Below are positions 1 to 33,988 of a stretch of DNA of 64,000 bases, piece by piece (position 1 is the stretch's first letter; every line of letters starts with the position of its first letter). The stretch comes from Paragordius varius (taxonomy: Eukaryota > Animalia > Nematomorpha). The DNA is taken from positions 4,650,001-4,714,000 of the forward strand of contig OZ176056.1 of assembly GCA_964247055.1 (NCBI GenBank), given 5' to 3'. A model generated the notes under the pieces. The model was not told where the DNA came from and did no database searches. It saw nothing but the letters and a program-made list of their open reading frames with translations. The translations under genes and the position numbers were made by a program.

Positions 1-119
1 ACTACAAATGAGTGGATAACACACACAAAAATAATAATTTTACAATTGGATTTAAGAATTATCCCATAATATATAAGTTATTATCTTTTAGGTTTTTTAT
101 ATTATGATAATTTAAAACT

Positions 120-20855
<20,736 letters not shown>

Positions 20856-22489
20856 ACCGTGGTGTTTTTAAACCATAAGTTATATGAGTGCATGAATCAA
20901 AGGTTGAATAAATAAGAAAAGGATTTGAATTTCGACCTCAAATTTTGAATGATATTTAGCGAACATATTTGGAGATGAACAAATTTTAAAAATTAAATAT
21001 TTTGATATAAATGTTTAGCGATATCAAATTTTATAATTAAAAGATTTTTATATTAATACTCTTCATAAAATTTATTTAAAAAATTGAAAAGTCTCATTTT
21101 TTAAAAATTAGTTTATAATCTAGTTTAATATAATAACAGTTTATCTTTTCACTTATTTGCAATGAACGTAGTTCAGAGCTTAAATTTGTATAAACGACTG
21201 CGATTTAGTCAAATTTTTATCAAATCTTTTCTTATAAAACACTTCTATGCTTTTTCTTTTTTTTAATTTACATATTGAATAGTTTTACAGTGCCTAATTT
21301 TGTAAATGAACTATAGTTTAAAAAGTTATTTTAGTCAAAATTTATTTATAAACATTGTTGTCATGTATTAGATAAAAAGCATTTTACAGTTTTTGATTTC
21401 TTGAATCTGAAATTTGGACAGCTCCAAACACGTTGGGAACAAACAGCTGATTCTAAAATCAAATTATCAATTTGCTGGTAAAATATAGTCGGACAGTTTT
21501 TAAAGTTAATTATTTACATTTTGTAATCATAATACATATTTGCCGTCGCACTATCGATTTAAAAAAATAATAGAAAAAAATGGCCACAAAAAATTAAGAT
21601 GAAGATGTTCATTTATTTTTTGAATAAATTGTATAATGAGTCGATAAAGCTAAAAAAGGCATATTTTTAATTCGGTTTAATATCTTAAATATTTTTTAAC
21701 TTCGAAATTACATTTAGACATAAAACAACCCCAAAAGGTAGAAGAGTGTTACAAAAATCCACATTTTCGAGTTTTCTAGTTTATAGAGATAAAAATTAGG
21801 AGAGTTTCATAAACGAATAAGGCCGGTTGATTATGTAACCTAATAGTTGGTGATAAAATGATCTTGAAAGCTTTTTAAAGTTGATAATTTAACTACCATA
21901 TTATACATTTATTCGCTTTTGTTGCGATAAAATACTCCAAAAATAATGTTGCAAATTTTGAGATTGAATATTTGATATTTTTACATTTGGATTATATCAT
22001 GGCCTACAAGGAAAAAGAATGCCTATTTCTTAGTCCAACATTTTTTTAAAAATTCCTTTGGTTTAGAAAATTAGCAAGGGTTATGTACCCTACGATTTTG
22101 GTATCCTTAAAAATAAATTTTTGGCCTTTTAGGCGCATGATTAAAAATGTTTAACGAAATATAATTAAAAAATCCTCTTCTCAAACTTTCAAGTGGCCAT
22201 TTTTTATTATTTAAGCCCTTAAAAGTACTCAACTAAATTATTATGGATTAAAAGATTAAATATTAATTTAAAAAGCTAAATGACATTTTATCAGTAAACT
22301 TTTGATATTTTAAAACAGCTTGTTCGATTGGGTTTTAAAGCTATACAAATTTCGATTAGAAGTTAGAGAGGGAAACTGTAAAAACTTTACACTTTTTATG
22401 TAGCGAAAAAAACTTTTAAAATGACAGATTTTAGGTTCAATCTCTGGGGTGCTAGACCAAGCTAAGTAAATCAAAAAAAGAAAAGGTAA

Positions 22490-23010
22490 TTAACATTTGG
22501 ACAACATATTCATTTTAGTCCTTCGATTAAAATTGGAGATTTGGAGACCCCAAGCCTGTTTAAAATGGAAGGAATTGATTTTATGGAAATAATTTAAAAT
22601 TATATAACATTAATTAACCGAATAAAAAAATCATCCAAAATACATGATAGTACTTATTTTAAGGTAAAACCCAAAGGTAAAAATTTAGTCAGCAGCATTA
22701 GCTAAATTTAAAAATAAAACAAAATAAACCTCTTTTTCTGTTTCTATATATTAGATGTCATATAAACAAAAAATTAGCTTTATAGCTTTAAAAATTAAAA
22801 CACGATATTTTGGAAAAATGTTGTAAAATAAAAATGGCATCCAAACAGTTTGATATGGAAATTTTTAAAACTAAACTTTATTTAAATATTTTTTATTAGA
22901 ATAGAGGCATGAATTGAATTTGGGGCCGTTTCTCTCAGTAGTTCCTATAAAATATCAACTTAAATATGGTCTGGGGTATTTAGATACCCAAGAATCGAAG
23001 TGAGTGTTAA
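22490..23010. mobile_element. Family A TTAA-flanked MITE (piggyBac-like), older copy
   Basis: TTAACATTTGGAC ... GAATCGAAGTGAGTGTTAA. Its body aligns by eye with the copy at 35679-36250. Confidence 0.8.
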
Positions 23011-23051
23011 ATATATATTCTCCTCATGATATTTTAATTTTTTATATTATA

Positions 23052-24509
23052 CTAGCGTAAATCTCGTGCTGCTACGCAGCCCGAGCGGACTTCTGGGGGG
23101 GGGGGGGGGAATGGCATTTTACGGGGGAGCGGGAAAAAGTGGGACTAAATTAAAAAAGCGAGACGACTATGTTCGGCGCAATCGAAAATAAGTAAACAAA
23201 AATCATATTTGAAATTGAATGGTCCAACACGTTCTCAGGAAAATTGTCTCAAAGACACGATTTTTGTGGATTTCTGTTTTCAAAAAAAACCCGTTTTTCA
23301 CACGGGGTGGGCCCGAACTGGGGGCCTATTTCAAAAAAAGGGCGAAGCTATTGTCAGGGCATTCATTAATGATTATATTTTTTCGAAGTTTGGATTTGAA
23401 TGGGTTTACCGGTTTTCCTCTACCAGATCACAAAGCCAGCATTTTCCATTTTTATAAATATATAGATTACCATAAATAATGTTTTAATATCCATATATCT
23501 TTTAACATGCTATACATATGATAGATACTCCTTACTCAGCATCTATCATCAAAGAAACGCTTGACTAAAATTTTTGCCTTTTAACAGGCAATACGAAAAC
23601 TCGAATTTTTAGAGTCTCATACCGTGGGCAAAAAAATACAATCAAAAAAATATTTTTGTGGACTTTGTTTTTTAAAAAAATGGCATTTTACGGGGGGAGC
23701 GGGTAAAAAGAGGGCCTAAATCAAAAAAGTGACTCGACTATGTTCGGCGTAATCGAAAATAAGTAAACAAAAATCGAAATTGAATGGTCCAACACGTTCT
23801 CCAAAAAATTGACTTAACCCATTTTTCAAACGGGGTGGGCCCAAACTGGGGACCTAATTCCAAAAAAGGGCGAAGCTATTGTCGGGGCATTCATTAATGA
23901 TTAAATTTTTTCGATGTTTGGATTTGAATGGGTTCACCGGTTTTCCGGAGACAGATCACAAAGTTATATGAAAAATCAGTTTTTAGCGGGTAGCTCCTTA
24001 CCCAGCAGCTATCATCAAATAAACGGTAGACTAAAATTTTTGCCTTTTAACAGGGAATACGTGGAATCCATATAGAATTTTTACGGTCTCATACCTAGGG
24101 CGAAAAATCGATTTAAAAAATTATTTTTGTGGACTTTGTTTTTTGAAAAAGGTGGCATTTCACGGGGGTAGCGGGTAAAAAGAGGGCCTAAATCAAAAAA
24201 GTGGCTCGGCTATGTTCAGCGCAATCGAAAATAAGTAAACAAAAATCATATTTAAAATTGAATGGTCCAACACGTTCTCCGGAAAATTGTCTCAAAGACA
24301 CGATTTTTGTGGACTTCTGTTTTCAAAAAAAACCCGTTTTTCATACGGGGTGGGCCCGAACTGGGGACCTATTTCAAAAAAAGGGCGAAGCTATTGTCGG
24401 GACATTTATTAATGATTATATTTTTTCGATATTTGGATTTGATTGGGTCTATCGGTTTTCCTGTACCAGATCACAAAGCCAGCATTTTCCATTTTTATAA
24501 ATATATAGA
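23052..24509 (-). mobile_element. Non-autonomous Helitron with internal tandem units
   Basis: On the minus strand: 5' A|TCTATATATTTATAAAAATGG at 24509, and 3' hairpin CGGGCTGC-GTA-GCAGCACG followed by CTAG|T at 23055-23052. A second 5' TC end lies at 23466. There are three related internal units and a G15 tract at 23095-23109. Confidence 0.88.
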
Positions 24510-24829
24510 TTAAGGAGGCCCAAAATTTCTAACTTTTGGACTCCACTAATTTTATATTTTTTTCGCTTTTTATCCATTGTTTTTGATTATATCTTACTAA
24601 TAATTTTTGGAATGGTTGAATAAATATTTAAAAAATGTGGGGAATTTTTATAAGTTGATACAAAGCAGTTCAATAAAAGTGGTTTTAACATTCTTATATC
24701 AAAATCAAAGCATCATCATAATACTGATAATTTGTTATAAGACTATATATATTTTATATTCTACCCCTTCTAAATTTGTTCACTGTTTGGGCCTATATAA
24801 GGGGGACATTTTTGGAGCCAATATCTAAA

Positions 24830-25400
24830 TTAACACTTCGATTTAAATTGGGGTATATAAATACCCCAGACATAAAAATTAAATTTTTTAAAAAACACTA
24901 ACCAATTTAAATTTATGCTTCTATCCTGATAAATATTATATAAATATGCCAAAATATCTTGATAAAATTTTGTTTTGATAAAAAAGTTCCATCTCAAACT
25001 ACTTCGACGCCATTTTAATTTTACAAAGAGTTTGCAAAATATTGTCTTCATTTAATTTTAAGGGTAAAACTAAAGCTTATTTTTACATAAATTACATCTA
25101 ACATTGATAGAAATAGAAAAAGCGGTTTATTTTGTATTATTTTTTAATTTTACAATTTGACACATGTGACTTTGACTAAATTTTTACCTTTCAGTTTAAG
25201 CTCAAAATAAGTAATATCAAGTATTTTTGAATAAAATTTTTTATTTTCGGTTTATTAATGTTATATAAGTGCAAAATTTTGCCATGGTTTCGATTGCTTC
25301 CATACTATTTAAAGTATTTGATTTTAAACAGGCCTGGGGTATCCAACTACCCCAATTTTAATCGAAGGACTAAAATAAGTGAGTTGTATCCAAGTGTTAA
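24830..25400. mobile_element. Family A TTAA-flanked MITE, full length (about 570 bp)
   Basis: TTAA CACTTCGAT ... ATCCAAGTG TTAA, with subterminal GGGGTAT-N-ATACCCC hairpins at both ends. Confidence 0.9.
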
Positions 25401-25594
25401 AGACATAAGATTGATAATATTTCTATATCCATATTTTTATTATATTTTGCCAATTTTATTTATACTGTTCGCTAAATTTGCGACGACTGTTAAAAAAAAG
25501 TCAGCCTCATATTAAGATAAATTTTCTATCAATATACATATATATCTTAACAAAACACTATTATACCCCCTATATCGTGAAGCAGAAAGATTGA

Positions 25595-25616
25595 CCCCCC
25601 CCCCCCCCCCCCCCCC
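25595..25616. repeat. C22 homopolymer
   Basis: 22 consecutive C in an otherwise very AT-rich region, about 530 bp upstream of the UCP ATG. Confidence 0.9.
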
Positions 25617-26143
25617 AAAAAAAAGTCAATATTTATTCTTTTAACTTTTATTGACCTCGTTCCAAATACTTTGATTTTGAAATGTTGCATCAATCATCAT
25701 ATATATATATATATATATATATAATATTGTCTTTTTTATAAAATTTATATTGTATATACCAATTTATAGTATTTTTTTCACTATTTTATATGTTTACTGC
25801 CAAACCCCCTCTTACGTAAACAAAAGCCAAAACTTTGATTGGCTCCAGTTTAGAGGTGGAGTCAATTAACATGTGAGCATTATATTTATTTGATACAGTA
25901 TAGTCATTTTACTTCCTTGATTCTTGGATATATTAAATGTGGGAATAAACATTATATACTAATTGTTTTGAATTCCGCAACGTGAAAAACTAGTTTAAAC
26001 AAGTTTTCAAAACAATCAACTTTTAAACCTTCGAATACACATTTTTATCCATACGTATTCGAGATATCTTGGTAATTTACAATTTTTTAATCCCATATAT
26101 TATAGAAAAACTTTCATTATCTATAAAGAAAAATATTTTTAAT

Positions 26144-29100
26144 ATGGTGATAACTACGAATTCGGGAGCTCCAGATAGTATGGGAGTGAAATTTTTTAGC
26201 GCAGGAATTTCGGCATGTATAGCAGATGCCGCTACTTTTCCCCTTGATACCGCCAAAGTCAGATTGCAAGTAAAATTTTAACATGATCTATTTGATTTAT
26301 AAATATTAAATTTAATAATATACCCTATAATGGTCTACCCACGAGCCGCACGCGACCCTAAAATGCTTTTTTATGGCAATTTTTCATACTTATTTTGAGT
26401 ATAAATATCTGCAAATGTGTCAAACAACTATGATTTTTTTGGTATTAAAGGATGCAGGCCTTTGAGACAATATTTAAAACCCCTCAATTTTTGGGTTAAC
26501 AACGGTTTAAATCATATAAACAATTGGATTACCTTATATTTAGTTAGTTATAACATAGAGATCACTATCTTATACATTTTCTATAACAAAATTATAATTT
26601 TTAAGATAAATTCATTTTGATATTTATAGATTCAAGGTGAAACCAATAACAATAATATAAATAACCTAAAAACTTTAAATGCCAACCCAAAACTTGCCGT
26701 TCATAGTGCCCCTAATGCGTCTTTTCCCTCACAAAATTTAAATTACAATATCTTAAATGCTACGCCTGAAATGACAAAGTTTGCAAATACTGAACATACT
26801 TCCACTCTAAATCCCAAAATCGCCAACAATACATTTCAACATCACCCTGTGCTCTGTAGTGCAAAAAATGCTCAAATAAACCATACATATGTTCCCAGTC
26901 GATCTATGCTTAATGTGAATACAATTTGGTTAAAAAATCAAAATTTATCTACCACAACCACTAACGGCACTATTAGATATTCTGGAGTTTATGGTACAAT
27001 AAGTACAATAGCCAGAGTTGAGGGCCCAAGCGCCCTTTATAATGGCCTCATAGCTGGTCTTCAACGACAAATGTGTTTTGCTAGCATACGTATTGGCATG
27101 TATGATTTTGTCCGTGGCCAATATGAAACACTTTTGCTCAAACAAAGTTTTTCATTTTAGTTATTTATTTCGATTTTTTAAAAATTGAAATTTCGAACAA
27201 TTTTGAAGAGTTAATATGCTTTTTAGCTTCGTTTTTTCAACCATTATTCATATTTTACATAAAAAAGTTATAATTTTGGAGGGTATTTACATGTGATTAG
27301 CTTTGTTTTAGTTAGACGAATATTCACAATATTTCACATGATAAAAGTTAAAATTATGAAAACTTTTCAAAAATAAGCGTTTTAAGCGTTCTTTTTAGGT
27401 GTGTCTTTCTTTGTCATAGTTAATATTTTATAAAATACGACTATGTCTAAAAAACATTTTAGTATCATATTTTTGTTTAATTTGATTTCAAGATGTTAAA
27501 ATCTTTGTTATTAATTTATATAAAATTATTGTGATATTATTTTTAACACTACTAATATAGTATTCTGTATAAACGTTTTCCCGTTATGGATTTTAATTTT
27601 AAACTTTAATTAAAATTTAAAATTGGTTATGTTTAAAACGTATCGTTTTATAATAATTAAACATCACTAAAATAGTTTTTGGCTTTATTGTATCATAAGT
27701 GATAATAATTGTTTTTCAAAAATTGCATTGCTGATATTATTTGTACCGTTCCATATTGAAAAGACTTATGTAATTAATGAAGTAAGCTATTTTTTTCCAA
27801 TTTTTAATCAAAAATCTGATACGATTTGTGAAGTGCCTCTATTACAATTTAAAAATTTATGCATTATTTGACACATTTATTTCCTTTACCATCTTAAATA
27901 TATGCAAATCTGTTTTTTACATTATTTAATCACGAATTGAAAATATTAGATAAAAACAGTGGTGATAACTTGTTGATACAAACCAAAAAGGAACCCATTT
28001 TATTAGCGCCCGCAAAACAAAATATGTCTTCAGGGAAACTCTTATCCGGTTCCGATGTTGGTCTCCGCATTTTGGCGGGAATTACGACAGGCGGTTTAGC
28101 GGTCTGTTTTGCTCAACCTGCCGATGTGGTTAAGGTCAGACTTCAAGCCCAAACTCGAAACTTAAAGTTTGCTTTTTTTTCTTTTTCGTTTTTTTCAGCA
28201 GTAAAAAGTCTAAAAACTACCATATGTTTTGTGGGCTACATAAGAAAGCAAATGCATTATTTATATCAATTAATAATAAAAACTAAATGATTATTTGATA
28301 TATTTGATCAGACGCATTAATTAGTTTTTTATAGACCTTGATGCTTTCAAAAAATATTGCAAAATAAATAAAGATGTAAATCACTACATATATATATTCA
28401 ATTCACATTAATAGTAATCAAGGGTTTTTTAAAACATTTTAGAATACTTTATATTTTTTCTCTTTACTATAATTTTTTATAATAAAAAACTATAAATTTT
28501 GGTCATTAATTTAATAAAATGAAAAATGTGCGTTTTAAATTTTTTAGCATGATCACAACCAATGAAATTAGGTACAAGGGTGCAACCGATGCCTATCGCA
28601 AAATTTATCTTAATGAAGGCATCAAAGGACTTTGGAAAGGTTAGATTTTTTTATTTTTTATAATAATGAGAATGCAAGATTTAAATTATCACATGATTGA
28701 ATTTTCGATTCTTTATGTATCTTTGTTTGGTTTTTGAAAGTTTTTATGGGTGAAAAGCGTTAAAAATTAATTTAAATTAACCATTAACTCTAATATTACG
28801 AAAAGAAGTTTTAAAATATTTTTTACTTTTGTCAGTTATATTGTTTCGTAAAATGGGACAAACATAACATTTGGATATCTTTATATTGTTAGAAATTAAA
28901 TAAAGTATATATGTTTTGCTGCTAATGTAATGGTTTTTTGGTAGATTGCAAAATTAAATATATTAATAGATATAATTAATCAATATCTTAAAACTGCAAT
29001 AATAAACAAAATTAAAAAATTTTCTGTGCGTAAATCATAAATAATTAATAATAGAGTCAAAACCAAAAATATATCTTTTTATAATTAAAACGATATTTCT

Positions 29101-30712
29101 TAACAATGTTCTTTTTTTATACTTATGGTTTGCGCATAAATATGATCACTAATTTAAAAACAATTTTGGAGATTATAATATGGTTTTATTTAAACCAAAA
29201 AATGTAGAATTATCATATTTTGTTTTAAAATATAACAAGGTTTTACTGCGATATACACATTTAAAGTTGTCAATCCATATATTTAGTCTTATTTTACTAC
29301 GTTTCATTCATTTTATTTGTTTTTTAATTTTCCCCCAAAGGTATTTTGCCAAATATGACTCGAAATGCTGTTATAAATGCGTGTGAACTCGTAGGCTATG
29401 ACATTTTCAAACAAGCCATACTCGCCAAAACTGGGCTGAGTGATAGTTTACCTTGTCACTTTTTTGCTGCGTTTGGGGCGGGTTTTATTACGACACTCAT
29501 TGGTAGATAATTTTAATTGGAGATTGTGTACTTTTTTGATGGTTACTTATTTCACACTATAGTAGGGCAATTTACAACACAGGAGTGTATGTGGAAAAAA
29601 TGAGAAAGGAAATAATTTTTATATTCAATATTTTGTTGTTTTTTCCATACACTACTATGTTGCGCAAATTGCCCTACTATAGTGTGAAATAAGCAACCAT
29701 AAAAATGCTTACCGTAAAAGGAGTTAAATTTAAACTTAAGTAAAGAGTTTAATTTGTTTTGTAGGTCTTTTATACTGTTAATAGGGAACTTATTAATATA
29801 TATACTAATAATTTTCCTACACTTTCAAACCCTTTTTTTGTATTTGAAATTTATGATTCAAAAAATCTCTATATTAAAAAATATTCACTGTTTACTGTAT
29901 ATATGGTGACATTTCGATTTTAATCTTCTGACAGATGCTAAAAGTTTGTTTAAATATATATATTATATTTGCGTGCTACCTTTTCCGTCAAATAATAGAA
30001 TCATAATTTAAAATTAAATTTAGAAGCATATAATATAATTCAGCACAAATAGTAATTTTGGTTTATAATAAATACTTTTAATAGTTTTAATCAAATATTT
30101 TTTATTTTTGTTAAACAAAAGTAATTATATATATTTAAATTTAATTATTCAACAATTTTATAATATATGATGGTTTTTTATAGCTTCACCCATCGATGTA
30201 GTCAAAACGAGATTTATGAACTCAGCTCCAAACACTTATAAAGGCTCGTTGCATTGTGCATACCTTATGTTAACCAAAGAAGGCCCAAAGGCATTTTACA
30301 AAGGGTATACTCAAGTTTTTTATCTTTAGCTTATGTTTAATGCTTCCAAAAAAATTAGTTTAACTAGAGTTTTCAAAAAAATAATATTTAGGGTTTTTAA
30401 AACCTTTTTTTTTCAATTAGATTTTACAGTAAAGAGTGATTACATATGTTGCATTAATAAAAAAATATTTAAAAAGATTTTACTTTAACTGAAATTTTTT
30501 GGAAGTTTTTATATTTCAAATTAATTGTCAGATTGTTTTACATATTTTTTTGCAAAATATAAAATTTAAATTTTTATAATAGGTTTACACCATCGTTTAT
30601 GCGCCTAGCTTCTTGGAATGTAGTTATGTTTGTGTGTTACGAACAAATTAAACGACAAATTACAAAATTAACCAATAATAATATAAAAAATATCGATAAT
30701 AGTGTACAATAA
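26144..30712 (+). CDS. UCP2: Mitochondrial uncoupling protein, UCP1/2/3-type (SLC25), 7 exons, about 454 aa
   Basis: Exons 26144-26269, 26630-27146, 27950-28166, 28548-28639, 29341-29502, 30184-30304, 30583-30712 (1365 nt). Three carrier signatures: [34 protein letters not shown]. Also [17 protein letters not shown] and [19 protein letters not shown]. The symbol denotes the UCP1/2/3 group, not strict UCP2 orthology. Confidence 0.94.
29539..29700. mobile_element. Family C MITE, copy 2 (UCP intron 5)
   Basis: ATGGTTACTTATTTCACACTATAGTAGGGCAATTT ... AAATTGCCCTACTATAGTGTGAAATAAGCAACCAT. Confidence 0.85.
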
Positions 30713-31008
30713 TGCAAGAAAAATTTTTTTTATGTGTTGAGGTTTCCTAGAAATTAATATGATATTTTAGCTAATAATACTCATCATCTCAGTAAATATA
30801 TAAAAAACATTGGGGAACAATAATAGTTCAATTTTGATATATAATAAGTAATGATAAATCTAATCCGAAATCAGCGATTTTATGGTTATATATATATACA
30901 TGCTATGATATAGCATAAAATATAATCTCTTTATGATTAAAACCTAGTCAATTTTAGCTGAATGAAAGCTAATTAATATCTTTTAACGCCCTATACTTTT
31001 GTAAATTA

Positions 31009-31229
31009 CTGTCAGGTATCCTTTATTTCAAAAATTTATTTTTTTTCCGTTAAATGGGTATAAATATTTGGTAAAGAATGGAAAAAATAAGAGCTCTATG
31101 GTAATTCTAAATCTTTTTATGATCAGTATGATATTGTTAATACCATAGAGCTCTTGTTTTGTCCATTCTTTACCAAATATTTATACCCATTTAACGAAAG
31201 ATTTTTGATATAAAAAGGATACATGACTG
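31009..31229. mobile_element. Palindromic Tc1/mariner-type MITE, copy 2
   Basis: TA|CTGTCAGGTATCC ... GGATACATGACTG|TA. The interior matches 1846-2060. Confidence 0.85.
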
Positions 31230-33249
31230 TATTAATATTTGTATACAACTCTAAAGAACCACATATATTAATGGGTTATATGTGTCTTTTATTTGTCAAT
31301 GTGAAAAAAATAACGTGTATAAAAGTTATTAACAAATATAAAGACGTTTAAAACGATATAATATGACTCTTTACTATGTGGCTAATGTGACAATCACACA
31401 CAGTGTTAACCAAAACCTTGATTAAAAATGACCAGAGCTGCACATAATATGCAAAAAACCGCTTTCTTATTTGGCAAAAAATATGCAATGGGAAAATTAT
31501 ATATTTATATTGTATAACACTGAATTATATAGTTTTTCACTCATTTTTTAATTATTTATTATATGATTAGTTTTATTCGAATTCCCCCAAAATTTTCTGG
31601 TATCATATACCATAATTTTTATTATTCACATCATCTTAGATTGTAATCATGAATAATCATAATAAATGAGACACAACTTTTAAACATTTAATAATTATTG
31701 TATTATGGGGAAAAAATCATGGGTAGTTAAAAATGCATACACCAATTCAAATTGCTGCATATGAACCAAAATAGGATAGATAACCGATTTTATATTTTCA
31801 AATATATTTTATGACACATATGGAAAAATTTGAAGGGTTGTCTAAATTTAATGTAATACAAATTACTTCATTCAATGATATGATAAGAAATGCGGTTTAT
31901 AACACTTGAACTGCACTGATCCACACCCAAAAGTATTGCGCTTATAAAAAGAGATGAATTTAACAGCCATAATTTTCGATGTATAATTTCTGTGAATGCT
32001 CGATCATTGCTTAAGAAATCATTGTCAACTCAATAGTGATGGAAATATTTATTGAATAATCTAAAATTCATTTTTTCATAATCAGTAACGTTTCTGATAT
32101 ATAATGACATTTTTAGATGCCTATCTGGAACACTTTATGTACTGTTACTATTAAGATGCGTTAACATCGTAAACCCAAAAACGGATCACAAAGATGTTTT
32201 AGAATGATTTTTTTTCAATAAACTAAGCATAAGTGAACAACTTTTTTGAACGCTGGACTTTTTAATTTATAAAAATTTTATTAACCAAAAATTATTTATA
32301 TGCCATATTAAATCGGTTGAATTAGAACAGGATACAAGTGCATGAATTCAGCAAAAATAATTAAAATTTAACTTAAAAATTGGCATGTTGTTTATATATT
32401 TTGTATAATTTGCATTTAGACCTTTTGTCTTGTAGGAATATGATATTTTTCAATTATTAATCCATTTTGTGTCGTGGTCACAAGATTATTTACCACATAA
32501 ATGATTGGGATAATTATGAAAAAATATTTGTCAGATTTTTAATTTTTTTAAATTCCAAAATACATTTATATTTTTCGAAATCATTGAATATGTTGGGAGA
32601 ATTAGCATAAGTATTATTCGCATTGAAATAACAATTTTAATTAACGAATGTTTATTTCATTTATTAATATCACAAAAATGAAATAACTCATATACATATG
32701 CCCCGACTAAATGAGTCAAATTACCTTGAACTAAAAACATGGATGCATTACAATAAATGGACAACATATTTTTCGCTATTTCTAAATATAAAACAACAAA
32801 GCGTAGCTTGCATTTTTGGCGCCCCTTTCCCCCCTCTATGCAACCCTTGTATGTTAAAAAAATCCATTTGAAACCATGTTCATGACCACCCAAAAATGGG
32901 TGATTTTGTATGTATATTTAAAATTGTAATAACTTTTGAATACCTATTTTTTAAAAATAAAATTAAATTTTGCGACGCTCCTCTAATTATGACGCCAAGT
33001 GCACAGTTCCCCTTTCCTTCCCCCTAGCTACGCCTTTTCTAAACAAGAATGTGAGTTTTTTAGGAAGTTGTCTAAGATAGGAAATAGACGTTAAAAGAAT
33101 GCAACCATATAAATGAAACCTGGGATTAGAATCAGAATCTTAAGTTTATAATTAATAAAATTTTAAGGATAATGGGAATCTTTACTTTTTTGCAAACGTA
33201 AACTGCGCTTCCTAAAATATTTGATTTTCGACTAATTTAATACAATAGA

Positions 33250-33420
33250 CAAAAAAAGTTCAATACAATAATTCGCACAAAATCATTGGAGGCTTTCCGA
33301 ATACGTTCCTCAATCGAATAATTGAATTTGGCCTTTTCGGCCACGGTCTTAACCCCTTCTAAAAATTGGGTGAAAGATTGACCGTTGCTCCGAACAAGTC
33401 GAAAAAATTAAAATCTGCTT
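33250..33420 (-). pseudogene. Inverted duplicate of a Ty3/Gypsy gag fragment
   Basis: The reverse complement aligns with 33853-33967 over about 115 bp and translates SRF*FFRLVRSNGQSFTQFLEGVKTVAEKAKFNYSIEE. Confidence 0.75.
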
Positions 33421-33455
33421 TGAAATGATTTTATGGGATTAAATACTTTCGCTCC

Positions 33456-33972
33456 ATGATGCATCTTTTATTTTTGTGGGATACAGTCGTTGATTTATTT
33501 TGCGCACAACCAATAGACCACCATAAGCAAGCAAAGTTGTTTAGTAGTACTAGTGGAGGTCTTACCGATATCCGAACGAACATGACAACGCCAATTGCCA
33601 ATCTCGCTAACTTATGCATCGAGAAATATAATGATAATATCAAGTTTGAGGATTACGTTGAATATATGACAATTGTTATGGAGGCGAAAGATATCTCTGT
33701 AACAGAACAAGTTCTCAAAACAACTTTGCTTGCCTATGGTAGTCTTTTGGTTGTGCGCAAAATAAATCAACGACTGTATTCCAAAAATATAAAAGATGCA
33801 TCATGGAGCGAGATAATGACAACAGGCCTAAAAGTATTTAATACCACAAAATAGCAGATTTGAATTTTTTCGACTTGTGCAGAGCAACGCTGAATCTTTC
33901 ACCCAATTTTTAGAACGGGTTAAGATTGCAGCCGAAGGCAAATTCAATGATTCGATTAGGGAACTTATTTAA
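33456..33972 (+). pseudogene. Ty3/Gypsy gag remnant (frameshifted)
   Basis: ORF 33456-33854 (KFEDYVEYMTIVMEAKDI...LLAYG) continues after a frameshift as RFEFFRLVQSNAESFTQFLERVKIAAE, which resembles the Gypsy gag core pattern (RF.F..R.Q...ES...F...L...A). Confidence 0.7.
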
Positions 33973-33988
33973 ATTTGTAATTCTTAAG

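Noticed and set aside
23209-24513. Repeated ORFs (MKLNGPTRS..., MVQHVLRK...) at 23209, 23219, 24201 and 24262
   Set aside because: They lie inside tandem units of a non-autonomous Helitron, overlap in different frames and show no recognisable domain.
24830-25515. ORFs MKTIFCKLFV... and MLYKCKILPWF... (related ORFs at 35872 and 38083)
   Set aside because: They derive from family A MITE sequence, and copies differ by frameshifts.
31900-32170. SVNARSLLKK, resembling a LINE endonuclease motif
   Set aside because: Only one short motif, surrounded by stops, with no further APE or RT motifs.
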